A stretch of 63,683 nucleotides of DNA, filler included, from Lenisia limosa (lineage: Eukaryota > Protista > Breviatea), in assembly GCA_001655205.1 (NCBI GenBank). It is 8 parts of 8 records of this genome, joined end to end, with 100 filler letters (N's around TTAATTAATTAA, not from the genome) between each part and the next. Parts side by side here need not be neighbours in the genome. Positions count along the whole stretch, not along the records: positions 8,484 to 21,392 come from LPNZ01003551.1; positions 21,493 to 28,691 come from LPNZ01007692.1; 6 more parts are not named here. The stretch is one strand, 5' to 3'. The notes under the pieces are model-generated. The model saw nothing but the letters and a program-made list of their open reading frames with translations, had not been told where the DNA came from and searched no databases. Positions 12,200 through 24,700 of this stretch are shown in pieces. The number at the start of each line of letters is the position of its first letter. Within the stretch, counting starts at the first letter, position 1. A program made the translations under genes and the position numbers.

Positions 12200-15100
12200 T
12201 ATCAGGCCAAAAACCGAAAGACTGTACCCACTTCAACATCTTCTTGAAGTTCATATGTTTGTCTAATTGGAGAGGAAGGTGCTTCTTTCTCCTCATCTTC
12301 CGGTGCTGAGAGGGGGGTGAACGAGAATATAGGAAATAAAATACACCCAATATGGCAACTGGTTTGTGAAATTTTCCAACTTTGGAATATGGCAAGATCC
12401 CCCCCCCCCCCCNNNNNNNNNNNNNNNNNNNNNNNNNNNNNNNNNNNNNNNNNNNNNNNNNNNNNNNNNGAAATGGGTAACTATGTGATAACTTTTCCAT
12501 TTTGAATGTAGATTATGAAATAAATTCAGTCTTAAAATATGATGAAGTTAGAGGATGCAGCTTGCAGCAGAAAAGTGGAATGTATGATGATGGAAGAGGT
12601 TTTGAAGGGTGCTTACTGTTGAGGTGAGGAGTCTTGAAGGGCGCAGTCTTCGAATAGTGTCACTGAATACGTCATTCCAAAAACAATAGACAAACAATAC
12701 TGTTTGGTGATAGAAAATGGCAAAAGGAAAAAATGGATGTCTGAACAAAAGCATATGAGAAAACACACAGCAGAAAAACCTGACAAATATTACAAGACAA
12801 TGACAAAGAAAAATCATTTAACGATCTTAATAAATGGTTTGGTAACTCTTTGCAAGAACACGATATAGCTAGCTAACCTAGCAGATACTTCCTGGTCATC
12901 CAAATGCTGATGTAATGAGTGCGGGGTATCAAGGTTTGCTTCCGTGTCTTGGGTCTTGATGGGGGTTGCGGATGCCACATGCGAAAACGGATGTGCTTGA
13001 ATCTGCAAAATGGATAAGGAATAATCAGGTTGAATTAATGATAATGTAATGAGTGTATCAGCTTGAATGATAAGGGTATAGATTATAAATGAATTGGACG
13101 ACTTATTTCATTTTATACTACTTTGTACATCCTCTCACTGAGATTCCCTCATTTCTGGCAGCTTCTGCCCATGACATGCCCAGAGTTGGCTTGGCCTCGG
13201 GAGTAGATCCGGTTTTAACTTTCTATGTGGGTTAAAAAAACCTTCCAAGTAGGGAAGTCGGGAAAAGACATATCTTGTCCGCGAACTATTTGAATCAACA
13301 GAGAGGAATGAAACAAAGGGGGGAAAAGCGCAAAAACGATACGATCACAGACCTGGGCTTGGACGAGCCCCGCTTCGCGTATACGCAACTTCCTCTCATT
13401 TGTTGGCGGCGAGTTTTGCCCATAGATCAAAGCGGTCCCCTTTGCTTCCGGGGTCACAGGCGCAAATACTGAGGCCATGGAGGAGCTCGGAACTTTGGAA
13501 AACGACAACGGTGGCGGCCTGTGGCGTGTGATTTATGTCAAAGAGGGTGATTGATATAGTCTGTAACATGCTTTGCCATATTAGGTAATCCGCATAGTCA
13601 TGAAATACAACATACTTCCTCTGGAGCTTTGGCGACATTTGTCCAGGTTTTGGGCTACTTGGAGGGGAGCTCTAGAATATTATTCAATGATCAACACAAT
13701 TCAATATAAGAGGAATACTGCTTCGAAAAACTCTAATATTCAGGCACTCCAATTCACTCCCTTCGACACCCCACCTCCCCCTGAGAGAGTACAACAGGAT
13801 AAGATTATAACAGCCCAATGCCCCCATCTTCACTGCTCACTTGGTTTTCAGGGGGATTATGCTTCTTCATTTGGCCCAGCTTTGGGGGAGGCCTACAACA
13901 GAATTACTGACAGCAGCTGTGGATATTGGGTGTCACCTTCATGTTCAAAAGACAAAAACCAATTGTTACTTAACATAATTTCTTTTGAATTATCTTGATC
14001 ATTTTGTGATCACCATCCAATGATATGAAATATGCTCCTTAAATTTTTAACCCAAGATTTTTAAATATGTACTCTCTTTAGCAACCCTCATACTGCCTAT
14101 TCGGAATGATCATGCTCCGCGAGGGTGCCTGGATGGACACTTTTCGATTATCCAAATCCGTCAAAAGATTTAATCTTGTTTCTAACTGGGGGTGTAAAAG
14201 AGAATTTTGGAAAGTGAGAGAGAAACTGGAACGGTATTGTGATTCACACAAAAATACCAAAGAAAAGAAGGAAACAAACAGAAAATATATCATACATATC
14301 ATATGTATCTATTATATGCACATAATAAACAGAGCAAATGGTCAAATAAAAGTATCCACCCACGAAATCAGGTCTATGCTGCAATGCGGCTTGGCATCTT
14401 CTCAGGGCTTTGTCATCCGGGAACAGGGGATGCTGCAATTACCATAAAATGAAGGAAATATCCAATGGTCTTCAATACGATAACTCAAACAAAAAAGGAG
14501 TCTAGACAATCATAATATAGGACACCGCCTCCCTCCAGTTTTCATATCCCTTGCTATGCAATACACCACCCACAGAGATAGGTGGTGGCCCCTTGACTGG
14601 CTGAGAGTCCATTAGAGACACAGAAGAGAGGAGCTCGGTCTGCGTATGCTGGATGGAGAAATTAAAGTTATTTCAGAATGCATCAAGGGATTTCTTGCAA
14701 TATGTACAGTGAATTTGGTAAGTCTTGATTAGCATGTAACATATTTCTTTTCAACAATCCCTCAAGACTAATCACAAAAAAAAGTGTATGACTGATATTA
14801 AGGTCTATTTTTCATTTTGATAATGAAAAAGTTCTCATTAATAACAGTAGAAGCTGGCTAAGATAAATAAAAAAGTGGCATCATAATGGAAATGTTCTCG
14901 GAATCTACGGATCTAGCCCAACAGTTTCGTTATTCGAATAACAACTGATCTTTTCTGACGCTTCGACCATTCTAAGAGAGGTGAGAACACGACATATAAC
15001 TGGACTCACAATTGCAACCTCGATTTGGATTGTTTACAAGCAGATGCTCTACCATTGGATTGTTGAATTCGGCCATGTGCTTGGATACCATCACTGACTT

Positions 15101-15652
15101 GGTTTTTGGTTGTGAGGGAGAAGGTTTCAAACTGGTCATTGTTTTCACTCATGTTATCCGAGCCGGATACGGATTCATCCTGAAAATGTAAAATAAAAAA
15201 GTAATGCAAAAACCTATTAGACACAAAACTGCCAAAATGCCTACTAAAAACTACTATTTCCAAAAATAAACGAAAAGGCCTACCTGGGGAGCAGATCCAA
15301 GGTCTTCAGAAAAGTCACCTGCAAGACCGAGGCCAGACTGGGGCTCAGGGGAGGTGCTGGATTCAAGATTTCGCGGAGACCGTACCAATGCAAGGTTTTC
15401 AAGGGCCCCGAGAAGCCTATTAGAGTCCAGCTGACTGTCATTTCGGTCAAGAGGGAAGCCAGCATTTCCGTCATTTCTGTCACTTTGAAGTGGAGTTTCA
15501 GCGTGTGCATCATGCTCAACAAAGGGGCTTTGTATATCGTCAGGAGAGCCAGGGAAGATGTCGGATGAATTTGACGAAATATCAGAAAGCTGGTCAGAAG
15601 ACGGCTCGGTCAGGGAGCCTGATGGTGATGTGGCAATCAAAGATTTGTGCAA
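12200..15652 (-). CDS. Hypothetical low-complexity Ser/Pro/acidic protein (approximate; may be more than one gene)
   Basis: Long open exon 15290-15652 (SPSGSLTEPSSDQLSD...), then DESVSGSDN..., PPPKLGQM, SSPPSSPKPGQMSPKLQRK and APEDEEKEAPSSP exons with GT-AG sites. Confidence 0.45.
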
Positions 15653-16399
15653 CGGAGCTGCTTCAAATGGCTCATGCTGGGTGGGGGGAGGGGGGTAAAA
15701 TAGGAAAATTTATGAAACAAATCCCAAATCAACTCTGTTGGCTGACAACACACGAGGGTTATATCAACAACAAAGCCCAGTCCAGTCGGATACTGGGGCA
15801 GTAATCAACAAAAAAACAAAACAGGGGGTACATGGAAAGAAGCTATATTAATGTGTTGTGGGGAGGATCAGCACAAACCACAGTCTGAGTTTGCCGTGCC
15901 ACTGTATTGTGAGCCGCCATAACGTTACGAGCGAAATCAGATGATGTGGGGCTGGGCGGGTTAGCAATACTACGTCCATATTAATAAAGCAAAATGACCA
16001 ATAGATCTACTACTTGGGAAATCCACATTAGTAAAAATGGTCAGATTCCGCCCCACCCACCACTATGGTCCATGTTTTAAGCCTACAATTGTCTGAGAAT
16101 TCTAGCCCATTTGAAGGGGTCTTCAGCCGATGTAAATGAGGAAATACCCCTAAATAATTAGAGAAAACACCGTTTTGAAACATATGATATGTATTTATAT
16201 GATATGTCATTGATAAAAATGTATAAATCAATCAAACCCGCCGAATTTATTAACAGTTAAGCGGAATATGATATCATCATTCATCTCCACCCTTACCCTT
16301 TAGTTTGCACGTGGCCTGTGTTATAAACCCTCTGGGCAATAGACGACAAGTTTTCGCCCTGTTATAGTGAATGTTGCAAATGAAGTATAAAAAAAAGCC

Positions 16400-18640
16400 C
16401 TTTGAGATTTATCGATGAGGTTTTTGGGACAACGGTGAAGTACGGTGATACCTTAATGGGCTTTGGTGGAGGGGGAGCAGCGCTCCGTGATGGAGAAGCT
16501 TTAGGCCTAGAGTGTTCAAAAGTGTAATTATGCAGTTTCTGGAGACATAATCTCATGTTGCATATCGATATACATTGGGATTTGAAAAAGTCAACCAAAT
16601 GTCCAATATTGAAGAACTTCCCACTTTCTGCTTGCCCTAGCCTGCGTATGAAATTGTGGGTCGCGGGGCTTTGTCAAGCGCCCTTGAGAGTAAGTCAAAT
16701 AAGATAGCTCAGTGGAATCTAGCTTATTACTTGCATAGTATCAGGCTTATTCTTATCGAAGCTAACTCAAAGCCATACGAGAAAGTTTGTAATGGGTCAG
16801 ACATGATTTCAAATGAAATTGAAATTGGTTCATATCATGAAAGTAGAGCCCTATTCATATCAAAAGAGGCCTGTCATACCTGAAGAGGGGCGTGACGGTT
16901 TGGAAGGAGCTGAAAACGGTCGATTCTCAAGCTGCGTGGAGAACGTTGCCGATTTCGGCCTTTCTGGGAGGGCTGAAGAGGACACTGTTTGGCCTTCTGA
17001 AGTTGGTTAAGAGAAGTGGGGGTACAAATATCATATACACACTCATGACTCTTTTCTTGAGTGTCCATATCCCCACAGAATAGTGAAGATCCAGGTATCT
17101 AGATACAGCCCCAAGCACATCGTATAATCCAGCACCCACGGGAAGTTCCCACTCGAGATGGTCTTGCTGATTTTGGATTCCGGGCGGATTGGGGGCGTTT
17201 AGGCAACGGTATCGGCTCGGAAGGTTTAGTTCGGGTGCCTTGGGCGGACCTTGCACGCGGAGTGATACCTGTGCGTGCCGAATTTGGTCGGGAAGGTTCT
17301 TTGGAGTGGTTTGAGAATCGTGATGATATTCGACTACTTGGTCTACTTGATCGACTGTTTGACCTACGTTTGCACTTTTTTACTGGCTCAGGAGCTGTCG
17401 GCAGCGGTAAAGAGCCGAGGTCTGGAACCACGTGATTTCCGTGAAGCAGCGAAGCAACTGCCAGTTTTGACTGACTTTTGGGTTGTGCATGGGTGAGTTT
17501 CCCCGAACTGGGCGGATACATTTCGTATTTTGACAATGTAATTGTTTCTGAGGTCGCTGGTCGGGATCCTGGGGGGGACGGCAACGGACGTGGGTTGTAG
17601 TCAAAATAGGGTGACTGGTCGGAAAGCGTCGGAAGCGTTTCATCGGAAGCGGGGATGGCTTCCGACAAGGGCAAGGTGTGGGTTGTGGTGACAATTCTTT
17701 TTGGGGGCTCGAATCCGGGGCGTGATTTGAGATTTTCAGGTGCCATCTCAAAGATCCTGGAATATGAGATGTGTTGGGACGCTCAACTTGTTCGACTTTA
17801 CCTTTATAGCTTCATTAATAATGGATATTAATCATGGTATTGTATTAATAGCATATATATTCATAATAGTATAACTATTCTCAAAGACTAAAAGCCCATA
17901 CCTTGGAGAAGTGAGTGGCGAAACAAGAGGCGAGAAGTCGGTACTATCAAGAGAGTCGGTGTGACGCAGTCCTGTTTTACCGTCATGGGGAAAAGGACCA
18001 TGACGTTGTATCAGATTCGGATCACTCCACGAACAGGTCTGAGGGGGACGTCGCACTAAAAACGGCTCATCAAAGGCGCTCTCTCTTTGGCATTGCCTGG
18101 GGTGGACATAATGGTCGGATTTCCCATTTTCTGGCGGGGAATTTCGGGGTGAATTTACGGGGGAGAGAACCGGAGTGGAAATCCGTGAATTGACAGGAGA
18201 TGATCTACGAGATCTAACAGGGCTGACAAGGGGACTTTGGTTTCTCGAAGCGAGAGGTGTGATATTGAAGGGCGTCATAGGGTGCAGCTGGAGGTGCGGT
18301 CTAGCTGGGTGAGAATTTGACAGGTCTTAGGATTTCTGAGTTGGTTTATCAGTGTATCAGGATGAGAAAAAACCCGATTTGGGCTTTCATTTCATGAAAA
18401 AAAACTATTGTCTATTATTGGGGAAATAATTGAAGCACCACATTTCAACAACCACCCAAAACATGACCCCCCTCCCCCAAACGAGGATTCAGCCAGGGGC
18501 TTGGAACCTTGTCGACGCAATAAAGGCGGAGAAGGTCCTGGCTTCCTGGGAGGAGAATAAGCAGGTAAAACCCCTTTGAGGGGAGGCGGGCAAAATGGAA
18601 ATTTTTGTAGTGGAGAAGACAAACGAAATGCAAAATCCAC
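16400..18640 (-). CDS. Hypothetical Ser/Pro/Arg-rich disordered protein (approximate)
   Basis: ORF 17099-17746 (RPNSAR, RPQSAR motifs), 17832-18278 (SPVRSRRSSPVNSR), exon ERPKSATFSTQLENRPFSAPSKPSRPSSG|gtatg. Confidence 0.5.
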
Positions 18641-19172
18641 TCTCTATTGGCAACAGTAATTCACTCTTTCTGAATTGTGTATTTTACACATATAAATTAT
18701 TGGATTGTACGAGTATCAATTTAAGCTATTTGTGGCAAATGCATCTCTCTACGGAGATGAAGGAAGAAGTTGCGGTGACGGCCTTGATTCAACTGATGGC
18801 CACCATTTAGATTCTTACCACAATAAATAAGAAGCATGAGGGGTACAAAACACATAATCTAAAATGCCAACCCCCCTCACTTTGGTGCGTCAAAGGGGGC
18901 TATGATTTCATCCAGAAGGTCGTTAGAAAGTCCGCGGGACCTTGGTCTTGATCGTGGGGACATGGAAAGAGACTAGAACAGGGTTACTGAGGCAAACACA
19001 TCTGAAAATATGGTTGGTTGAACCAAAAATGATCAGTATTAAAAGGAGCTTTGTGTGGAGTTGTCAGGGAGATGGATAAGGTAGCTAATCAATTGTATCA
19101 AAGGTTTCCGCCTGGTCAACGGATTGAGAATGGAATATTGGCTTGTTGTTTGCTTCTTGTCACCATCCCCAA

Positions 19173-20891
19173 TTAGCATTCTGTTTCCAAAAACGTTGGA
19201 TAACGCTTGCATACGGGAGATGAAGACCTTGGGGGCGTCCTTGGCGGGGATGCTGCTCTAGAGGGTGCTGAAGAGTGAATGATTTGACATTGTTAGTTAC
19301 TGTAAAATCATCCTTATTTGTTTATGATATGACAAAGCAACATATCTCTTACAAAACCAGCAATCATACTCTTAACCAGCAATCATACCCAGGGACGGCC
19401 CAACTGAGGTTCCCATTGCTGCCAGAGTGACGGCCAGGTGGGCTGGGCTGAAGCCAGGTCCGAGGGCGGATACCTGGGGGTGTAACAACGACAAATATAC
19501 AGTGACCAGGGTAAGTCGTAACCGATTTGCTATATGATTTCCCAAGGAAAAGTTAAGACTTATCCCGGTCACTGTATGAAGCTGAAAATTCTGTTGGCTA
19601 GTGAAATAATAAAAACCTCTAAGTCACCATATGAAATGTATGATACTAAGTAACACAATGTATCAAAAGAAATGAGATTGAAATTTGATAGCACTAGAAT
19701 ATGGTGAAAGTCCAACAAACTTGGGACGGCTCAACTTCCTCCAAAATTTGAGGAACAGGCTGGTCTTTTGATTCAGCTGGTTCTTCTGAATAATGAATAT
19801 TGCTGGTATAATAACTATGCTATGCTATAATACATTGAGGAATTCAGGTTCGAATTGGTCTCTTTTCATGTACCTCCTTTTTGAGTTCAAAGTATAAAAA
19901 ACAATTCCCACCTAAAGGAGCTTCGAGCTGGAATTGAGCTGAGAGAGGGACCGGTATTGTCTTCCTGGAAAGAAAATAATGAGACATTGGCCAAATAAAT
20001 GAGTCAAATTAAATGTTTGTTTGGGCTGAAGCCATCCACACCACCACTAATACTATAACAGCCCAGCTTACGCAACATTAAAAATCTTCCTGCCAGTATT
20101 GAAGACCAGGTCATCGTAAAACGTCAAGTCCCTTTCCTTGATCATATTCAGGCCTAAATGGGATTGAAGAATAAATAGTGCATTAGTATGATATGAGGTA
20201 ATATTACTAATATTATATATGATATATCATTTTTTTTAGAAGAAATATTGCCATATTAGTTACATATGATATGATATACAGAATATATGATATAGAGCTT
20301 TTGATCAACACAAAATTACCAGAATCATGTCCTTGCGTGAAGTATCTGAAATATTCCCGGTATCCAAAATATGTCTCATAAGAGACAACCATCAACAAAA
20401 GAAGACCCCAATAAAATACGATGATAAGTAGACCCCACTGTCATGGCTATACTCATCTGTATCCTGAAGCCTCTTTCTGGTCACTTTTGTGGAACAAAGA
20501 CCGGCATCAATCCATTTTGAAAACCTAAAGTGTTGATAATCCAATCATTTGTTGAAATTACAAATGCAGGGAAAACGGTTGTACGCTGTTGAAGCAAGCG
20601 ATTCAGTTTGAATATACTGTATATCATTATATACTACTATATAAAATGATATAGTATCAATAATGAATTCATTCACCCCCTACAACTAATTATGTACACA
20701 GTACTCCCATATTAACCTCACCTCCCCCCCATGGAAAAAGGCAAGCAAACAATACCACCCTCCCCCCACTTTCTCTCGCGAGCAGCATCCTCGCGATCAA
20801 ACTGTCGCGAAAGGGCTCTGAACGATTTGTTTTTCTCTGCAATCTTCACATTGATGTCGTCGTCCCTGGCGAAGGCCCTTTGTAGCGCCAT
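19173..20891 (-). CDS. Hypothetical protein with one predicted TM segment
   Basis: Spliced model MALQRAFARDDDINVKIAEK...YLSSYFYWGLLLLMVVSYETYFGY...GLNMIKERDLTFYDDLVFN...EEVEPSQ|VSALGPG...MIA|APSRAASPPR...ETEC*, phases consistent in the 3' exons. Confidence 0.55.
19500..19574. mobile_element. MITE family B (CAGTG termini, TA flanks; Tc1/mariner-like), intronic
   Basis: TA + cagtgaccagggtaagtc ... gacttatcccggtcactg + TA. Confidence 0.8.
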
Positions 20892-21131
20892 GTCTTGGAG
20901 GGTGAAAGGGGGATATAAGACGGTAGCGTAACCCACGCCCCAAGGGGGCAAATCAGGGCAGCTTAATGAGGAAATATTCTGATATCTGTGGAAAAATATA
21001 AGAGGGAACTTCCAACAGCAGTCTCAACTTGAGCGACAACATAAGGGTGAAGTGAAGAACAAGGTAGACTTTTATATGAAACTCTTGAACGTAAAAGAAT
21101 AAATACGATAAACAGGAAGAAACAAACCTGT

Positions 21132-21392
21132 CTACTTGAAAGTGCCGCTATTTTTAAATTCCTGTTTGATGTTGTTATATCTTTTTGGCCGCATGTTGGT
21201 GTTCGAAGGGCGAATGTATTCCATAGAAGCTTCTTTGACAATTTTAAGAGTGTGCCGCCCTGGTGTGAGCAGGCGCAAGCAAGAGGCAACCACAAGGGAA
21301 GTGTTTTGTTTTGCACAGTGCGCAGGCAGTACGGTGTTATTGATAGAGGTTTGCAAGAGGTATAAGGAGTCAACAAGAGGAGGTGGGTCAGG
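21132..21392 (-). CDS. Terminal exon of an unknown gene cut by the spacer
   Basis: Open frame PDPPPLVDSLYLLQTSINNTVLPAHC...KQEFKNSGTFK*. Confidence 0.35.
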   Translation of the reverse strand, partial: PDPPPLVDSLYLLQTSINNTVLPAHCAKQNTSLVVASCLRLLTPGRHTLKIVKEASMEYIRPSNTNMRPKRYNNIKQEFKNSGTFK

Positions 21393-21502
21393 NNNNNNNN
21401 NNNNNNNNNNNNNNNNNNNNNNNNNNNNNNNNNNNNTTAATTAATTAANNNNNNNNNNNNNNNNNNNNNNNNNNNNNNNNNNNNNNNNNNNNACTATATG
21501 TA

Positions 21503-21629
21503 TAGAGCTTCACTTTGGATCGAAATAGACCGGTTATTATTTCGATAGTTTTCGAGGATTTATCGATAGTTTTCGAGGATTTATCGATAGTTTTCGAGGA
21601 TTCTTTTTTCGAACCGAAGTGAAGCCCTA
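21503..21629. mobile_element. MITE family A copy with internal triplication
   Basis: tagagcttcactttggatcgaaa ... (gatagttttcgaggatttatc) about x3 ... ttcgaaccgaagtgaagcccta. Confidence 0.85.
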
Positions 21630-21749
21630 TATATTGCTAACCATGTTGGAATCAAGAGGTATCCCTATCGATATATATTTGTATAATAATATCTGAATAT
21701 GATACGTATGCTATACTTTGGTATTACCTATATTTTATCTTATTTTTTA

Positions 21750-24700
21750 GATTCTGGGGGAGCGATTTACGAAGTTTCCCAATCTTCTTTTAATGAAATT
21801 ATGGCTTTCGATCCTGAGACCTTCGTTTCGCTTGCGGTATGTTTTGATATGAAGCTCTTGAGAGGGCTAAATTGGAACTTTCCTCATACCTGATCACTAA
21901 GTCTGTTTCAGGAATGCAAGAAGAGGATTATATTGCTTTAATGGTCTTGATTAGCTTGTCAATTCTGAAATACCGGCTTACATTTGATTTTGGGTTTTTG
22001 TTCCATCAATTATCAATTTGCAGGCCGGAGCACCCGGCACAGTGGACTTCGTAGTTGTGTCCGATACACCAACAACCGTGGAATTCAAGTATTACCCTTC
22101 AACTACTCTGGGAGTGGTTATCGATGAACGGGATGTTTATTCTGCGTAGGAGAGGGGGGGGTCAATGCATCTGGGTTTTTGTCAATACAAGCGTTTTTAC
22201 GATTTACGATTTCAGGGTACCTCTAGCTGTGGCCCCCGAGATCTCTCATGCCTCTTCTGCCATCGTTTACGAATATGGAGGATTCCAGTCCATCATGCCC
22301 GGAACCGTTGACGTGTTTAATTTCGTAAGCGATTGACTGTATAATTTCAGGTACTTATTGAATTCGATCTACAGCCCTTTACCAAATTGCTTCTTAATTA
22401 TCTATTAACGAAATTAGACGTACGGGCAAGTTGTCGCAATGGCAGCGAACACTAGTTGGAGGGGGGTTTAGGTGTAATTAGCGCTTCCCTACGGTCCCAA
22501 AAAAGACTGATTTTCTCGATAAATCCTCGAAAAATATCGATATTCTTCCGGTCTTTTTCGGACCGTTGGGAAGNNNNNNNNNNNNNNNNNNNNNNNNNNN
22601 NNNNNNNNNNNNNNNNNNNNNNNNNNNNNNNNNNNNNNNNNNNNNNNNNNNNNNNNNNNNNNNNNNNNNNNNNNNNNNNNNNNNNNNNNNNNNNNNNNNN
22701 NNNNNNNNNNNNNNNNNNNNCAATTGAAAGGCCATCCAAGATTTGACCCGGGCCGGAAAAAGTTAACCCTCTCTTGGGAATTGACAGGTCCGATATAGAG
22801 TGGCCATTCAGTGGCCAGAAATCTCTACGGGTGGCCTGGGTGGTCTGGCCACTGTCACACCGGATGGAGGGGGGGAGTTGTCAACCAGTTTTGTCGTTGG
22901 CATATGCATTATGTATATAATATATTATCCTGTATATCGATATATATATTATATAATATATGAATATTATATGATAAACATATTGGCACCATTCAACTTT
23001 TCAAATCACATAACAGCCAGGTTTTCTGTTTCAAATTACATAACAGCCAGGCTTTCGGTTTCAAATAGTAATACATATTTTATATTACCTATGTGTATGT
23101 GAATTCTGTTTTCATTTTCCTTGCCTCACCATGCAGAATGCAGCACAGGTTACATTGATGACGGTGTTGGACCACACTGCTCATGTGCCGCGGGCTATGC
23201 GCNNNNNNNNNNNNNNNNNNNNNNNNNNNNNNNNNNNNNNNNNNNNNNNNNNNNNNNNNNNNNNNNNNNNNNNNNNNNNNNNNNNNNNNNNNNNNNNNNN
23301 NNNNNNNNNNNNNNNNNNNNNNNNNNNNNNNNNNNNNTTCACACACCAGGAATGCAAGGCGAACCCGAACTTCTTTCCCGTGGAAGTTACTACTGATGAT
23401 GCGTTGACTGTGTTCCACTGCCACCGTGGGAACATGGGGATGTGTAATCTGAGAGTGCTGAATATAATCTTAATCTGTGGTCTTCCTGGCAAATATGAAT
23501 GTTTTGTGGTTCATCATTTATGTTTGTTGACCTTTTTGGCCGTTATGTTTGTTGACCTTTTGGCCGTTATGTTTGGTATTGACCTTTTTAGCCCATTATC
23601 ACTGGGGAGTGTTAGATGATAGCCGTGTGGTGTACACTGACGTCAGAACTCCAATTGCTGTGGTTTGCTATTAAACCATATTGCCAGATCTTGTGTTATT
23701 TTCGTGAGACATTGGATTATTTTTCAATTTGCTCTTTTTTTTTTTTTGCGAAATTTCATACATTTGCAGTGATCGGAAATAACGGCTAAGACTATCATGG
23801 TCACTTTTATAAGACAATATCTTTAATTTGATATATATATATGTATGTCTAAGCCCCGGACATCATTCAAAATTCCCGGACACATCAAAACTCCCGGACA
23901 GCTTGAGTTTTCCATACAAAATCACCATAAACCACCTAGAAACCCATTTTCCCTTCTGTTTTTGAAAGTAATCTCAATCTTAATCAAATAATGAAACCCC
24001 AATTAAACATATTATCGGGTCAAAACCAAATTAAGTCCCTAAGCTCTCTATTTACGGTCCAAAAANNNNNNNNNNNNNNNNNNNNNNNNNNNNNNNNNNN
24101 NNNNNNNNNNNNNNNNNNNNNNNNNNNNNNNNNNNNNNNNNNNNNNNNNNNNNNNNNNNNNNNNNNNNNNNNNNNNNNNNNNNNNNNNNNNNNNNNNNNN
24201 NNNNNNNNNNNNNNNNNNNNNNNNNNNNNNNNNNNNNNNNNNNNNNNNNNNNNNNNNNNNNNNNNNNNNNNNNNNNNNNNNNNNNNNNNNNNNNNNNNNN
24301 NNNNNNNNNNNNNNNNNNNNNNNNNNNNNNNNNAAAAAGGCCAAAGGGGGACCCGCGGGAGACCAAATCCACGGATTTTTGACATTTGCTCAAAATTGAA
24401 AAACAAGGTTAGGGAACATTAGGAGGTCCATTTCTCTATGTATCTGTCGAAGCATTTTTTCAAAAACACAAGCAATGGCCTATACAAGGTGTCAACTTCT
24501 AGCTGTCTGTGTGTCCGGGAATTTTGAATGATGCCAGGAGCTTTGAGGACCCACATATATATATGTATAATATATATTTTACTTTTCATCATGTTACGGC
24601 CAATTTCTCTCTCATATATGTCCAGCAATATCCTGTTGCAGAATTATGTATATGATACTAAATTTTTGTTTTTTGTTGTAACAGCGTCCTTGACTTCATT

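Noticed and set aside
17700-17730. tRNA-like T-loop motif (ctcgaatcc)
   Set aside because: Lies within a coding exon, and no cloverleaf can be formed.
19372-20500. ABC/FtsX or Patched-type multi-pass transporter
   Set aside because: The spliced model shows only one clear TM segment and no family motifs.
21542-21601. Short regularly spaced repeats resembling a CRISPR array
   Set aside because: Head-to-tail triplication of the MITE core with no unique spacers, in a eukaryotic genome.
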